A stretch of 64,000 nucleotides of DNA from Candidatus Micrarchaeota archaeon (GTDB lineage: Archaea; Micrarchaeota; Micrarchaeia; Micrarchaeales; CABMGC01): positions 8,678-72,677 of the forward strand of contig JAKAVK010000014.1 of assembly GCA_021817325.1 (NCBI GenBank), written 5' to 3'. The translations under genes and the position numbers were made by a program. This document shows, piece after piece, positions 47,661 through 55,999 of this stretch. Below the pieces are notes generated by a model, which was given only the letters and a program-made list of their open reading frames with translations, had not been told where the DNA came from and did not search any database. Each line of letters starts with the position of its first letter. Positions within the stretch are counted from its first letter, which is position 1.

Positions 47661-48317
47661 CTACCCCGACTTCGTTACCCCGTTCCTCTGGCAGAGCCCG
47701 GCAATTGGGCATTTGCTGCAGAGCGGGATTTGCGACTGGCAGATCCTCTTGCCATGCGCCTTGAATACGTATGCGATATTATGCCAGTGCTTCTTCTCCA
47801 CAAGCCGCATCAGGTCTTCTTCGATGACCTGTGGATCCTTGCTCCTGGTAAGGCCAATCCTTCCGGGAACCTTGATGACCCATGTGTCGACAGGTATGCC
47901 CACAACTATCCTGTAGGCATTGATCAGTATCGTGTTCGCCGTCTTCCTGCCTACTCCAGGCAGTTCAACCAGCTCCTCCATGCTTCTTGGCACCTCTCCG
48001 TTGTACCGCTCATCTATCGATTTGCACGTGGCGATGATATTCTTTGCCTTGCTGCCTGCGAACGAGACTGCCTTGACATGGTTGTAGAGCTCACCTGGGT
48101 CTGCACTGGCATAGTCCTTTGCAGTCCTGTACTTCCTGAAGAGCGCAGGGGTCAGCGCATTGACGACCTCATCGCGCGTCTGTGCCGAGAGTATTGCTGC
48201 AACCAAGAGGTCTATAGGCGTCTTGAAATCGAGGTAGTAATGGGCATTTGGATACTCGTTAAGCAGTATGCCTATCGCCTCCCTTGCCCTGTCCCCATCA
48301 AGCAGCTTCGCCTGCAT
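47661..48317 (-). CDS. nth: Endonuclease III
   Basis: ILSAQTRD, HhH LPGVGRKTAN, VDTW, 4Fe-4S motif CQSQIPLCSKCPIAGLC. Confidence 0.95.
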   Translation of the reverse strand: MQAKLLDGDRAREAIGILLNEYPNAHYYLDFKTPIDLLVAAILSAQTRDEVVNALTPALFRKYRTAKDYASADPGELYNHVKAVSFAGSKAKNIIATCKSIDERYNGEVPRSMEELVELPGVGRKTANTILINAYRIVVGIPVDTWVIKVPGRIGLTRSKDPQVIEEDLMRLVEKKHWHNIAYVFKAHGKRICQSQIPLCSKCPIAGLCQRNGVTKSG

Positions 48318-48321
48318 AAAT

Positions 48322-48807
48322 TCACATCTTATATCCTATGTCGCGCAGGAATTTCCTTCTTGCAGCCTTATCGCCCTGCGTCTCGACGCCCTTGGGGGGC
48401 AAGCCATCAACTACCCCAAGGATGCTCCTCCCCTGCCCTGTCTCAGCCACCACAACCTCGACAGGGTTTGCGGTGGAGCAGTATATGTTAACTACTTCAG
48501 GCACGCCCTTGACCGCATTGTTGACATTTATCGGATAGCCGCTCTTGAAGACTATTACAAACGCGTGGCCTGCACCTATGGCAAGCGCGTTGCGCTTCGC
48601 AAGTTCAACGAGCTCTGGGTCATTCCCCTCCTCCCTCACAAGGCACGGCCCGCTGGCTTCTAAGAATGCCAGGCCAAACTTCATCCCCGGCACTGCTCCT
48701 GCAAGCGCTTCGTATAAGTCCTCTGCAGTCTTGATGAAGCCGGCATGGCCTATCATAACCTGCACGCCGTCCTCTTTTTCCACCTTCACAAGCCTGATGT
48801 CTGCCAT
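48322..48807 (-). CDS. Adenosine-specific kinase / AMP-binding family (COG1839-like)
   Basis: IGHAGFIKTAEDLYE, FGLAFLEASG, YPINV, STANPVEV, ILGVVDG, FLRDIGYK. Confidence 0.85.
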   Translation of the reverse strand: MADIRLVKVEKEDGVQVMIGHAGFIKTAEDLYEALAGAVPGMKFGLAFLEASGPCLVREEGNDPELVELAKRNALAIGAGHAFVIVFKSGYPINVNNAVKGVPEVVNIYCSTANPVEVVVAETGQGRSILGVVDGLPPKGVETQGDKAARRKFLRDIGYKM

Positions 48808-48811
48808 AGAA

Positions 48812-50110
48812 TCACGGCCTTACCCTATCCCTGTCTCTTGGGAAGAGTGCGCACTCCCGTATGTTCTGCCTGTTCGTGATCTTCATCGCGAATCTCTCGG
48901 CGCCTATGCTCCAGCCTGCATGCGGCGGAGCTCCCTGCTTGAATGCGTTGATGTAGAAGCTAAATGCATTCTCATCAAGGCCGCGCTTCCTTATTGCGTC
49001 GACAAGAATGGCTGGGTCGTGTATACGCTGGGCTCCGCTGGATATCTCAATTCCCTTGTAGATAAGGTCGTAGCTATTCGACACCTCAGGGTCCTTTTCG
49101 TTCGGCATGCTGTAGAATGCGCGCACTGCTGTCGGATACTCCTTGACCACCAGCAGCTCCCCATATAGTTCGCAGAGCCTTGCCTCATGCTCCCGTGTGA
49201 AATCCTCGCCGAACTCCATCTTGATTCCGTTGGCATTCAGCTTCGATAAGGCCTGCTTGTACGTGATTACCCTGGGCTTTGGCACCACGAACTGTGCATC
49301 CAGTGTTTTCAGATCTTGTGCATTGGCCTTTGCCACATCTTTGAGTATGCCTACGACAACCTTCTTCAGCAGCATTATGGCATCATCCGGCGTGGCAAAG
49401 CCCATCTCTATATCCATCTGCGTCGACTCGTTAAGATGGTAAATTGTGTTGTGCTTCTCCGCCCTGTAGACTGGCATGATCATGAAGACGCGGTCCATTC
49501 CGCCTATTACGGCAAGCTGCTTATAGAGCTGGGGAGACTGTGCGAGGTACGCCTTCTTCTCGAAGTACTGCAGCTGAAAGAGGTCTGTCCCGCCTTCAGT
49601 CGCCTCCTCGACGATGCCCGGCGTGCGTATCTCCTGGAAGCCCTCCTTAGAAACTATCTTCCTAAACGATCCAAGGACTGTTGAAACAACGTTGAATACT
49701 GCAGTTGTCTCGAGGCGCCTTAGGTCAATATGCCGATAGTCCAGCCTTACATCTATCTCTGCCGGTACTTTGCCCGTGACTTCGAACGGTATCATCGACG
49801 CAAGGGGGTTTATGTTCCTTATCTCCTTGGGTATTATCTCAAAACCTGCGTGCGCCTGGGGATTTGCCTTGACCACCCCTCTCACGCTTATTACACTCTC
49901 CTTTGGCAGCTTTGAAGCCTCAATGAGAGCCTGGCTGGCCTCGCCCATCTTGACAGTCACCTGCACAATGCCGCTGTGATCCCTGAGCTGGATGAATATT
50001 ATCTTGCCAATATCCCTGATCTCATGCACCCAGCCTGCAAGCACAACCTCCTTGCCCTCCATCTGCGCGTTGAGCTGCCCAACATAATGGGTACGATAAG
50101 GACTCTTCAA
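48812..50110 (-). CDS. aspS: Aspartyl-tRNA synthetase (archaeal type)
   Basis: YRTHY, GWVHEIRD, LAQSPQLYKQ, YRAEKH, EISSGAQRIHD, GAPPHAGWSIGAER, FPRD; start placed at TTG 50110 after a GGTG site. Confidence 0.95.
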   Translation of the reverse strand: MKSPYRTHYVGQLNAQMEGKEVVLAGWVHEIRDIGKIIFIQLRDHSGIVQVTVKMGEASQALIEASKLPKESVISVRGVVKANPQAHAGFEIIPKEIRNINPLASMIPFEVTGKVPAEIDVRLDYRHIDLRRLETTAVFNVVSTVLGSFRKIVSKEGFQEIRTPGIVEEATEGGTDLFQLQYFEKKAYLAQSPQLYKQLAVIGGMDRVFMIMPVYRAEKHNTIYHLNESTQMDIEMGFATPDDAIMLLKKVVVGILKDVAKANAQDLKTLDAQFVVPKPRVITYKQALSKLNANGIKMEFGEDFTREHEARLCELYGELLVVKEYPTAVRAFYSMPNEKDPEVSNSYDLIYKGIEISSGAQRIHDPAILVDAIRKRGLDENAFSFYINAFKQGAPPHAGWSIGAERFAMKITNRQNIRECALFPRDRDRVRP

Positions 50111-50183
50111 AGGAACACCGCTGTTTGTAAACTTGGACGGCAAACCTTTAAAGGATTGGGGTTGATGTGTAATTGGTAAGGAC

Positions 50184-50549
50184 ATGGCCTCTGTAGGGGA
50201 GCTCATGCAGAAGCATGCTGTAGGCGTAGCTGCGACTGCGAAGGTCTCCAATGCGGTGCGGCTAATGAAGGCAGCCCATGTCTCACTCATGCCGGTTGTC
50301 GAGGGCGGCAGACTGGTAGGACTGGTGACAAAGGAGGTGGCATCGATATCAGGCAACTCGACGCGCTTGGTCTCTGAGGTCATGCTCAAGCCTGATCTCT
50401 TCGTCGAGGAGGGTATGAACATCGAAGCCGCTGCCGACCTTATGATCAGAAGGCATGCGAGCAGGGTGCCTGTAATAAACAACAGAAACCAGATGCTCTT
50501 CCTCGGTATAGTGACCGCATCTGACATAGTGAAGGAGATGAAGAAATAG
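50184..50549 (+). CDS. CBS-domain pair protein
   Basis: VGELM...MPVVEGGRLVGLVT...VSEVM...RVPVI...LGIVTASDI. Confidence 0.9.
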   Translation: MASVGELMQKHAVGVAATAKVSNAVRLMKAAHVSLMPVVEGGRLVGLVTKEVASISGNSTRLVSEVMLKPDLFVEEGMNIEAAADLMIRRHASRVPVINNRNQMLFLGIVTASDIVKEMKK

Positions 50550-50565
50550 CGGCCTTTAAGATATC

Positions 50566-50871
50566 TTATCTGCCCAGTGTTATCTCTATTGCACTGACCT
50601 TCGATCTGCTGCCGTCCTCGTTGGAGAGCTCCTCGGAACTTATTGCTATCCCGTTTACCCTGGCGTCAGTGACAAACCTGTTTCTAGAAATCTCAGCAAC
50701 ATCGACAGCTCTGGAGATGGCGTTCCCCCTTGCCCGTATCTTGACGCTGCGTGCGCCGTTGTTGAACTGCGTCACCACTGCCAGCACATAATTCATCTGC
50801 GGTTTCTTTCCTATCAGGACAATGTTCTCGGCCACTGTCCCGCCTGCGTTTCCATCCTCTTCGTTTGCCAT
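50566..50871 (-). CDS. albA: Chromatin/RNA-binding protein Alba
   Basis: [15 protein letters not shown]...[19 protein letters not shown]...SAIEITL. Confidence 0.95.
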   Translation of the reverse strand: MANEEDGNAGGTVAENIVLIGKKPQMNYVLAVVTQFNNGARSVKIRARGNAISRAVDVAEISRNRFVTDARVNGIAISSEELSNEDGSRSKVSAIEITLGR

Positions 50872-51039
50872 CCACTCACCAATTTGTTAAAGCATCTCTG
50901 TTGAATTGCTGCAGTTATGTTATTATCTCGGTCATATTATATAAACTTTGTGGGTTTTTCTGAGGATACCGATCCGGCGCCGGCGCGATCTCGCAGCATA
51001 AGCCGGATGAAGACACGCACCGGCAGATAAAGCTGCAGA

Positions 51040-51552
51040 TTACCTCACCATCCGCCTCCCGCTCTTTGCCCTGTTTATCACATCGTGTATGGAGTACTTC
51101 CTGATCACCATGGCCTTGAGGCCCTCTACGTCATCGTATCGGTTGTCCTTGGCTATGCGTTCAGCCTGGCTGAGTTTGTTTCTGTATGAATTGTAGGCCG
51201 CCTTTGCAGCAGAGAGCGCGTCGCGGCCGTGCAGGTTCTCAACCTGCGGTGCGTTTACCAGCGGCATCTTCTTCTTTACGCTAATGTCGTATTGGGGAGT
51301 GAAGAGCACTGCATCGAAGATCGTGGCCAGCTTGCTGACAGTCTCTGTGGCCCTCCTCTTGTCGCTTGCGATAACAACCGGTGTGCCGCTCCTCTTTATC
51401 TCGTCCACGAACCATTCAAGCCCGCCGTATCTCTGCGATGATATTCTGACTGTTTCTCCTGAGAGGTCGAGGCTGGCAAGGGCAGCGGTCTTACCCGTAT
51501 CCACGCCTATTATAAGAGGCCTTGTGCGCTTAGCAGAAGGTGCTGTTTGCAT
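51040..51552 (-). CDS. DUF460-like RNase H-fold protein
   Basis: IIGVDTGKTAALA, PVVIASD, HGRDALSAA; start ATG 51552. Confidence 0.75.
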   Translation of the reverse strand: MQTAPSAKRTRPLIIGVDTGKTAALASLDLSGETVRISSQRYGGLEWFVDEIKRSGTPVVIASDKRRATETVSKLATIFDAVLFTPQYDISVKKKMPLVNAPQVENLHGRDALSAAKAAYNSYRNKLSQAERIAKDNRYDDVEGLKAMVIRKYSIHDVINRAKSGRRMVR

Positions 51553-52630
51553 AGCATGCCGCCCTGATGGCTCCCTGCGGCTGCGAGAGGTACTCGCAGT
51601 CTGTGACAACTGCAGGTGTAAAGCTGATATTATAGTGGTCTGCGAGTAGAGATTGCTCGTTTATGATGGTGTCCGTGCCGCTGTTGAGTATGCTGACACA
51701 ATTAGCTAGCGCAGTCGTGTTGAGTCCCGCGCCCTGCGCTGCGCTCTGCAGCGTGTTTGGCGAGAGATAGCCTCCGCTGTACAGGGCGTTTACCGCAGAA
51801 ACGTATTCCTTGAAATTTCTCTGTGTCGTAGAGCAAAGAAGGTACCTGCCCAGTGCCTGTGCGCTGCTGTTGCCGACCTGCCTTCCTATATCGGCAGTGT
51901 AGCTGCTGTACAGTATCTTAAGCGTAGCGTTGATGGTTCCGTTGTACGCGCTGTCAATGCCTGCCATCTGGACAAGGCTCTGCATTCCACCTGGCGCATA
52001 CGGGTCGATAAACCACCATTCCCGCAGAGGGCCTGCTATTCCGCAGGCTGGCTGGTTTACCTGTATCACTCCCTGTGCCACGACCTTGTTACTCGAGATA
52101 GTAGACGGGGCGGGCAATTGATAGTATGGCGTTACCTGCGACAGGTTCTTGTCGTTTATAAGCATGGCGATGTGGAATGTCTGGTTGTTTGCCGGATTGA
52201 CCGATGGAACCGTCACTAGCCATGCATTCTCTCCGGGCACGTACAGCTCTGTCATCTGCAAAACATTGGTCACATAAGCAAGCACCGAGAGCGAACTGTT
52301 GGTGTTTGCGTATGTAGCAAGGAGTCGCTGCGCAACACCGCCTATCTGGCTGGCATTATGCATTGGCACAACGCAGCTGCCGTTCACCGCGCCGTATGTG
52401 CAGTTGGACAGCGTCTCGTTGCGTATAGCCACTGGCGGCTTTGAGTACGTGATCACAAGGAGCAGCAGTATCAGTACTACGACAAGGGCTATGAGTGCAA
52501 CGTGTATGTTGTCAAGACCCCCTAGCTTTGAGATCGGCTTTACGATTATTGTAGGCTCCTTTATGTTGCTTAGCCTTCTCTCCATATCCCTGTTATGCTC
52601 CCTGTCCTTTTCCTTCGACTTGCTTGCCAT
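51530..52630 (-). CDS. Membrane-anchored extracellular protein with a DsbA/thioredoxin-like fold lacking CxxC
   Basis: N-terminal TM; WWFIDPYAP where FxDxxCPxC is expected; LNTTALANCV and ISFTPAVV (TP motif). Confidence 0.55.
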   Translation of the reverse strand: MASKSKEKDREHNRDMERRLSNIKEPTIIVKPISKLGGLDNIHVALIALVVVLILLLLVITYSKPPVAIRNETLSNCTYGAVNGSCVVPMHNASQIGGVAQRLLATYANTNSSLSVLAYVTNVLQMTELYVPGENAWLVTVPSVNPANNQTFHIAMLINDKNLSQVTPYYQLPAPSTISSNKVVAQGVIQVNQPACGIAGPLREWWFIDPYAPGGMQSLVQMAGIDSAYNGTINATLKILYSSYTADIGRQVGNSSAQALGRYLLCSTTQRNFKEYVSAVNALYSGGYLSPNTLQSAAQGAGLNTTALANCVSILNSGTDTIINEQSLLADHYNISFTPAVVTDCEYLSQPQGAIRAACYANSTFC

Positions 52631-52649
52631 TCATCCACCATTACAGATA

Positions 52650-52753
52650 CGGGGCCGACGGGATTTTCATATATATCAAATATGCAGGATATTTTGAACC
52701 CGTGACCATCACCTTAGGACGGTGCTGCTCTATCCAAGCTGAGCTACGGCCCC
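52650..52753 (-). tRNA. tRNA-Arg(CCT) with a 29-nt intron at position 59/60 (52664-52692)
   Basis: GGGGCCG/CGGCCCC acceptor stem; D-arm GCTC..GAGC; anticodon loop GT-CCT-AA; T-stem ACGGG/CCCGT; removing the intron restores TTCAAAT; BHB motif present. Confidence 0.92.
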
Positions 52754-52777
52754 GTAATAAGTTACCGCAGTATACAA

Positions 52778-52784
52778 ATATAAA
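52778..52784 (-). promoter_or_regulatory. TATA box of the tRNA-Arg promoter
   Basis: TTTATAT on the minus strand, 25-31 nt upstream of the mature tRNA 5' end. Confidence 0.55.
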
Positions 52785-52992
52785 TGCCTCATTCTGCGCA
52801 TAAATTAGAAGGATTTGGCCGATAAAGACGCAATAAGGATAAGGATGGCAACTAATCCTTCTTCGCGAAGGCATTAGCATTCTTCACTATTTCCAGTATG
52901 ACTCGCTTCAGGGTGTTTAGTTCACCTGAAGTTATCTATTCGCTTAGTTGGCGGTGTACTTTACCGTTTAAATGAACGCAACGTAGACACTA

Positions 52993-54150
52993 TCATTTAG
53001 GGCATCCTCCATAAGGATGCATTTCTCTCAAAAACGGTAGTTTATCACCTACCTTCCTCCAAAATACTATATCTCCGCCAGCGGAAATCCACGCTTTAGT
53101 CATTGCATCAAGAACGAAAGAAAGATCATCATCTTCTTTTGGAGGTCTAATTACAATTTCTCGGTCACCAAATCTGATAATCTTCGAATTCTTGTCTAGT
53201 TCTTTAGCATCTGTTACTTCTTCCTTCCTTTTAACACTGGTCAGGAGTTCATACACTACTGCTCCTACTGTTGTATTGAAATAATAATCTTTCATATTCA
53301 ACACATCCTCATAGTTCAATAACCCTAATGCTATTTCTGGTTGTCTAACTGCCATTGCTAGTGCCACAGATCTGCCCATATTATCAGTCAATTTAAGTAC
53401 ATCTGGCCTATCTAAGAGTGCATATGCAACTCTTTGGTGGTGCCAGACTGCAGTATGTGCTGCCGTAGATCCGTTTTCATTCTTCGCTACCAACAGAAGA
53501 GAGTTAGATAATATGCCATTTGCAATTTTAGGATGTCTCCATATTATAGCATCCAATAGTGTTTCTCCGTATCCATTTATTGTCATTGAAATAAGTTCAA
53601 AGTTGTTTAGTGCTTCTACAGCAACATTCTCATGTCTAATTGCAAAAAAAGCAATTGGCGGTCTAACACCAGGTAATGTTCGGAATGCAAGATTATTATC
53701 TCTAATAACTTCATAGGCAAGTTCCTCGTGTTTCATTATGTCATGTATCATTGGCAGTTCGTTAGTTTCTCTGTACCTACCGAAAAAATCCAAATCTCTA
53801 TGATATAGGGCTGCACGTGCAGCAGATAAATATAAACGTGCAGCTGTATTACCAAATCTTGCGTCATCCGCTTCAAGTATCGGCAACCTGGGGTTATCTC
53901 CAAAAATACTTATTGCAGCGTGTTCGTTAGACCTAACAAGCTCTAATAGTATTGTGCTGTCTCTATCCAATTCTGCAAATCCTTTTACCCATTCTTCGTC
54001 TCTCTCTGAACCAATCTTTTCGTTTTGTACTCTTGTCCAGAAAAAATCAGCGAGTCTGCCACCTGCAATTAAAACTATTTTCTGAGCAGTTTCTTTTTCT
54101 ATATTTGCAAGATTAACTCCCCCAAGTCTCAATTTCAGATTCATTTTCAC
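52993..54150 (-). CDS. Ankyrin-repeat protein
   Basis: Repeats of ~33-35 aa: NGYGETLLDAII, KNENGSTAAHTAV, TDNMGRSVALAMA, KDYYFNTTVGAVV. Confidence 0.75.
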   Translation of the reverse strand: MKMNLKLRLGGVNLANIEKETAQKIVLIAGGRLADFFWTRVQNEKIGSERDEEWVKGFAELDRDSTILLELVRSNEHAAISIFGDNPRLPILEADDARFGNTAARLYLSAARAALYHRDLDFFGRYRETNELPMIHDIMKHEELAYEVIRDNNLAFRTLPGVRPPIAFFAIRHENVAVEALNNFELISMTINGYGETLLDAIIWRHPKIANGILSNSLLLVAKNENGSTAAHTAVWHHQRVAYALLDRPDVLKLTDNMGRSVALAMAVRQPEIALGLLNYEDVLNMKDYYFNTTVGAVVYELLTSVKRKEEVTDAKELDKNSKIIRFGDREIVIRPPKEDDDLSFVLDAMTKAWISAGGDIVFWRKVGDKLPFLREMHPYGGCPK

Positions 54151-54161
54151 ACCTACAAAGA

Positions 54162-55793
54162 TTAGTTGTCTTTACGTAATTCGAAATCGTTTCTATTCAC
54201 AGGGCATGTCATGCACCTTGGTCCTCCACCGCCTTTTATTAAGTCTGGCATATTGACTTCTATGACTTCTACTCCTTCTTCTACAAGCCGTCCTTTTGTT
54301 TTTGTATTTCCTTCAGCTGCAATAACTTTATTGTTATCTATTGCAACAACATTGCAACCTAGAGAGATCTGCTCCTTAGGATCTGCCTCTATCACCCTAA
54401 ATTGCATTTCTGTCTTTAGCCAATGGAGAAACTTAGGAGGCAGTCTTCCGGTATCTGCAAGTGCCTTTCTTTTCCCCACAAGAGTAAACAGAACATCTAA
54501 GTGCAATTCATCATGCTTGACTCCTACAAACAGATAGGATTTGAATTTGTCAGCAAGCTCGTAAAATCCCTCCAAATTTGTGCGGGCTCCAATCCCCACC
54601 ACAACTGTAGACTCATTTAGCAGAGTCACATCTCCACCTTCAATTAAAGAACCTTTTCCCGATATCTTTACAAAATCTCTAACAACTTTCTCTATGCCTT
54701 CTGCCTCATAAGCTCTGTTCTCCATTGCCATTTTGCCAATGACAAAAACATTGCCTATCGCAAATCCGGGATCCCTGGTGAATATGCCTGCCTTTCCGGC
54801 TTCGTTACTGTATCCATTTGAAAATGTAACCTTAACACCATTGTCTCTTAGTGCCTCTACAAAATCTCTGTGTTGTTTGATATATGCTATTCTGTCTGTT
54901 ATGGTCTCTGCCGCCTTTGAAACTTCGTTGTTCGGATAGCCTTGCCCTTTTATCGGGGGCGTAATACTTACTATTACCTCACTAAGCCTTTGCCACTCGC
55001 TGTTCACTAAAACTGGCAATGCCAATCTGCTCTCAGTAATGGCCTTTTGGAAATAGACGTACGGAACTGTTTCGCGCACGTGAAATCCTGTTCCGACATA
55101 GCCTAACAGCGTCGCTCTTTGCATCTTGCTTATATGTCCGGCTGGGATCGCAACCTCCGGAATCGCCGGGTCCAGTAACATGTTGCCAGTTATTATCGGA
55201 GTTGCGCCATTGGCAAGCTTATTCTGTTGCATGACACCGTCTGAGGGCATATGTTTGCGCCTCAGGCTCTTCTCAAAGACCACAAGACTTCTCTCTGTAT
55301 GCGCGTATGTCAACCTCATTCCGGATTCAAACAGTGCTGCATAGTTTGCATTTTTCTGTAGTGGCACATCTAAAGATACAGATAGAGTTGCTTTATCATA
55401 ATGAATTGCAATCAGTTCTGCTGCCTTTAATGCTACTAGGATGTCAACAGTTGCAGGGATGCCACGAAGATCCATAGCTAATGTGTGAATAAATGGATTG
55501 TTGGCCCTGCTTTTATCAGAAGTAAGCTTGATTTCTCTTGATGGCGTAAAACTAAGCCTCGAGGCGTTCTCCCCTGCAAAAACATTAAATTTGTAGGATG
55601 TGCCATCGTGAACCACATCTACCGAAGTTACGTCCCCGGAAGACGAAGAAACGACCCTATTACGAACTCCTGGAAATTCAGCGAACCGGGCCAAAATTTC
55701 TTCCTTTGTTGGTTTTTGGCGTCTGCCTTCATGCATGTCAAAAATCGCTACTATATTGCGGGGTGCCTGCGAGCGCTGCATCTCCTTCTCCAT
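54162..55793 (-). CDS. Amidinotransferase/DDAH-like (pentein) domain fused to a ~270-aa uncharacterised N-terminal region
   Basis: SEWQRLSEV, FTRD, IEGGDV, GARTN, LHLD, GGGPRCMTCP (complete Cys-His-Asp/Glu set). Confidence 0.85.
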   Translation of the reverse strand: MEKEMQRSQAPRNIVAIFDMHEGRRQKPTKEEILARFAEFPGVRNRVVSSSSGDVTSVDVVHDGTSYKFNVFAGENASRLSFTPSREIKLTSDKSRANNPFIHTLAMDLRGIPATVDILVALKAAELIAIHYDKATLSVSLDVPLQKNANYAALFESGMRLTYAHTERSLVVFEKSLRRKHMPSDGVMQQNKLANGATPIITGNMLLDPAIPEVAIPAGHISKMQRATLLGYVGTGFHVRETVPYVYFQKAITESRLALPVLVNSEWQRLSEVIVSITPPIKGQGYPNNEVSKAAETITDRIAYIKQHRDFVEALRDNGVKVTFSNGYSNEAGKAGIFTRDPGFAIGNVFVIGKMAMENRAYEAEGIEKVVRDFVKISGKGSLIEGGDVTLLNESTVVVGIGARTNLEGFYELADKFKSYLFVGVKHDELHLDVLFTLVGKRKALADTGRLPPKFLHWLKTEMQFRVIEADPKEQISLGCNVVAIDNNKVIAAEGNTKTKGRLVEEGVEVIEVNMPDLIKGGGGPRCMTCPVNRNDFELRKDN

Positions 55794-55999
55794 ATGACAA
55801 TTTCTCCCTTTCCTGATATTTAAACGTTGTTATCTGTTCGATTTCACTTTATGATAATGTCTTAAAGGGTATACTTTCGGTGCTGTTTTGTACCATTTGC
55901 TACATGGTGTTAATATATGCCTGATTAGCTATGTTATTAGACGTAATAGCAGCGCTGTTAGAACGGAGAGTAACAAAACCAGAAACACAAGGTTTGCAT

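Noticed and set aside
50111-50527. 139-codon N-terminal extension of the aspS ORF
   Set aside because: It is antisense to the CBS gene; AspRS homology begins at YRTHY, and a TTG with an upstream GGTG exists at 50110
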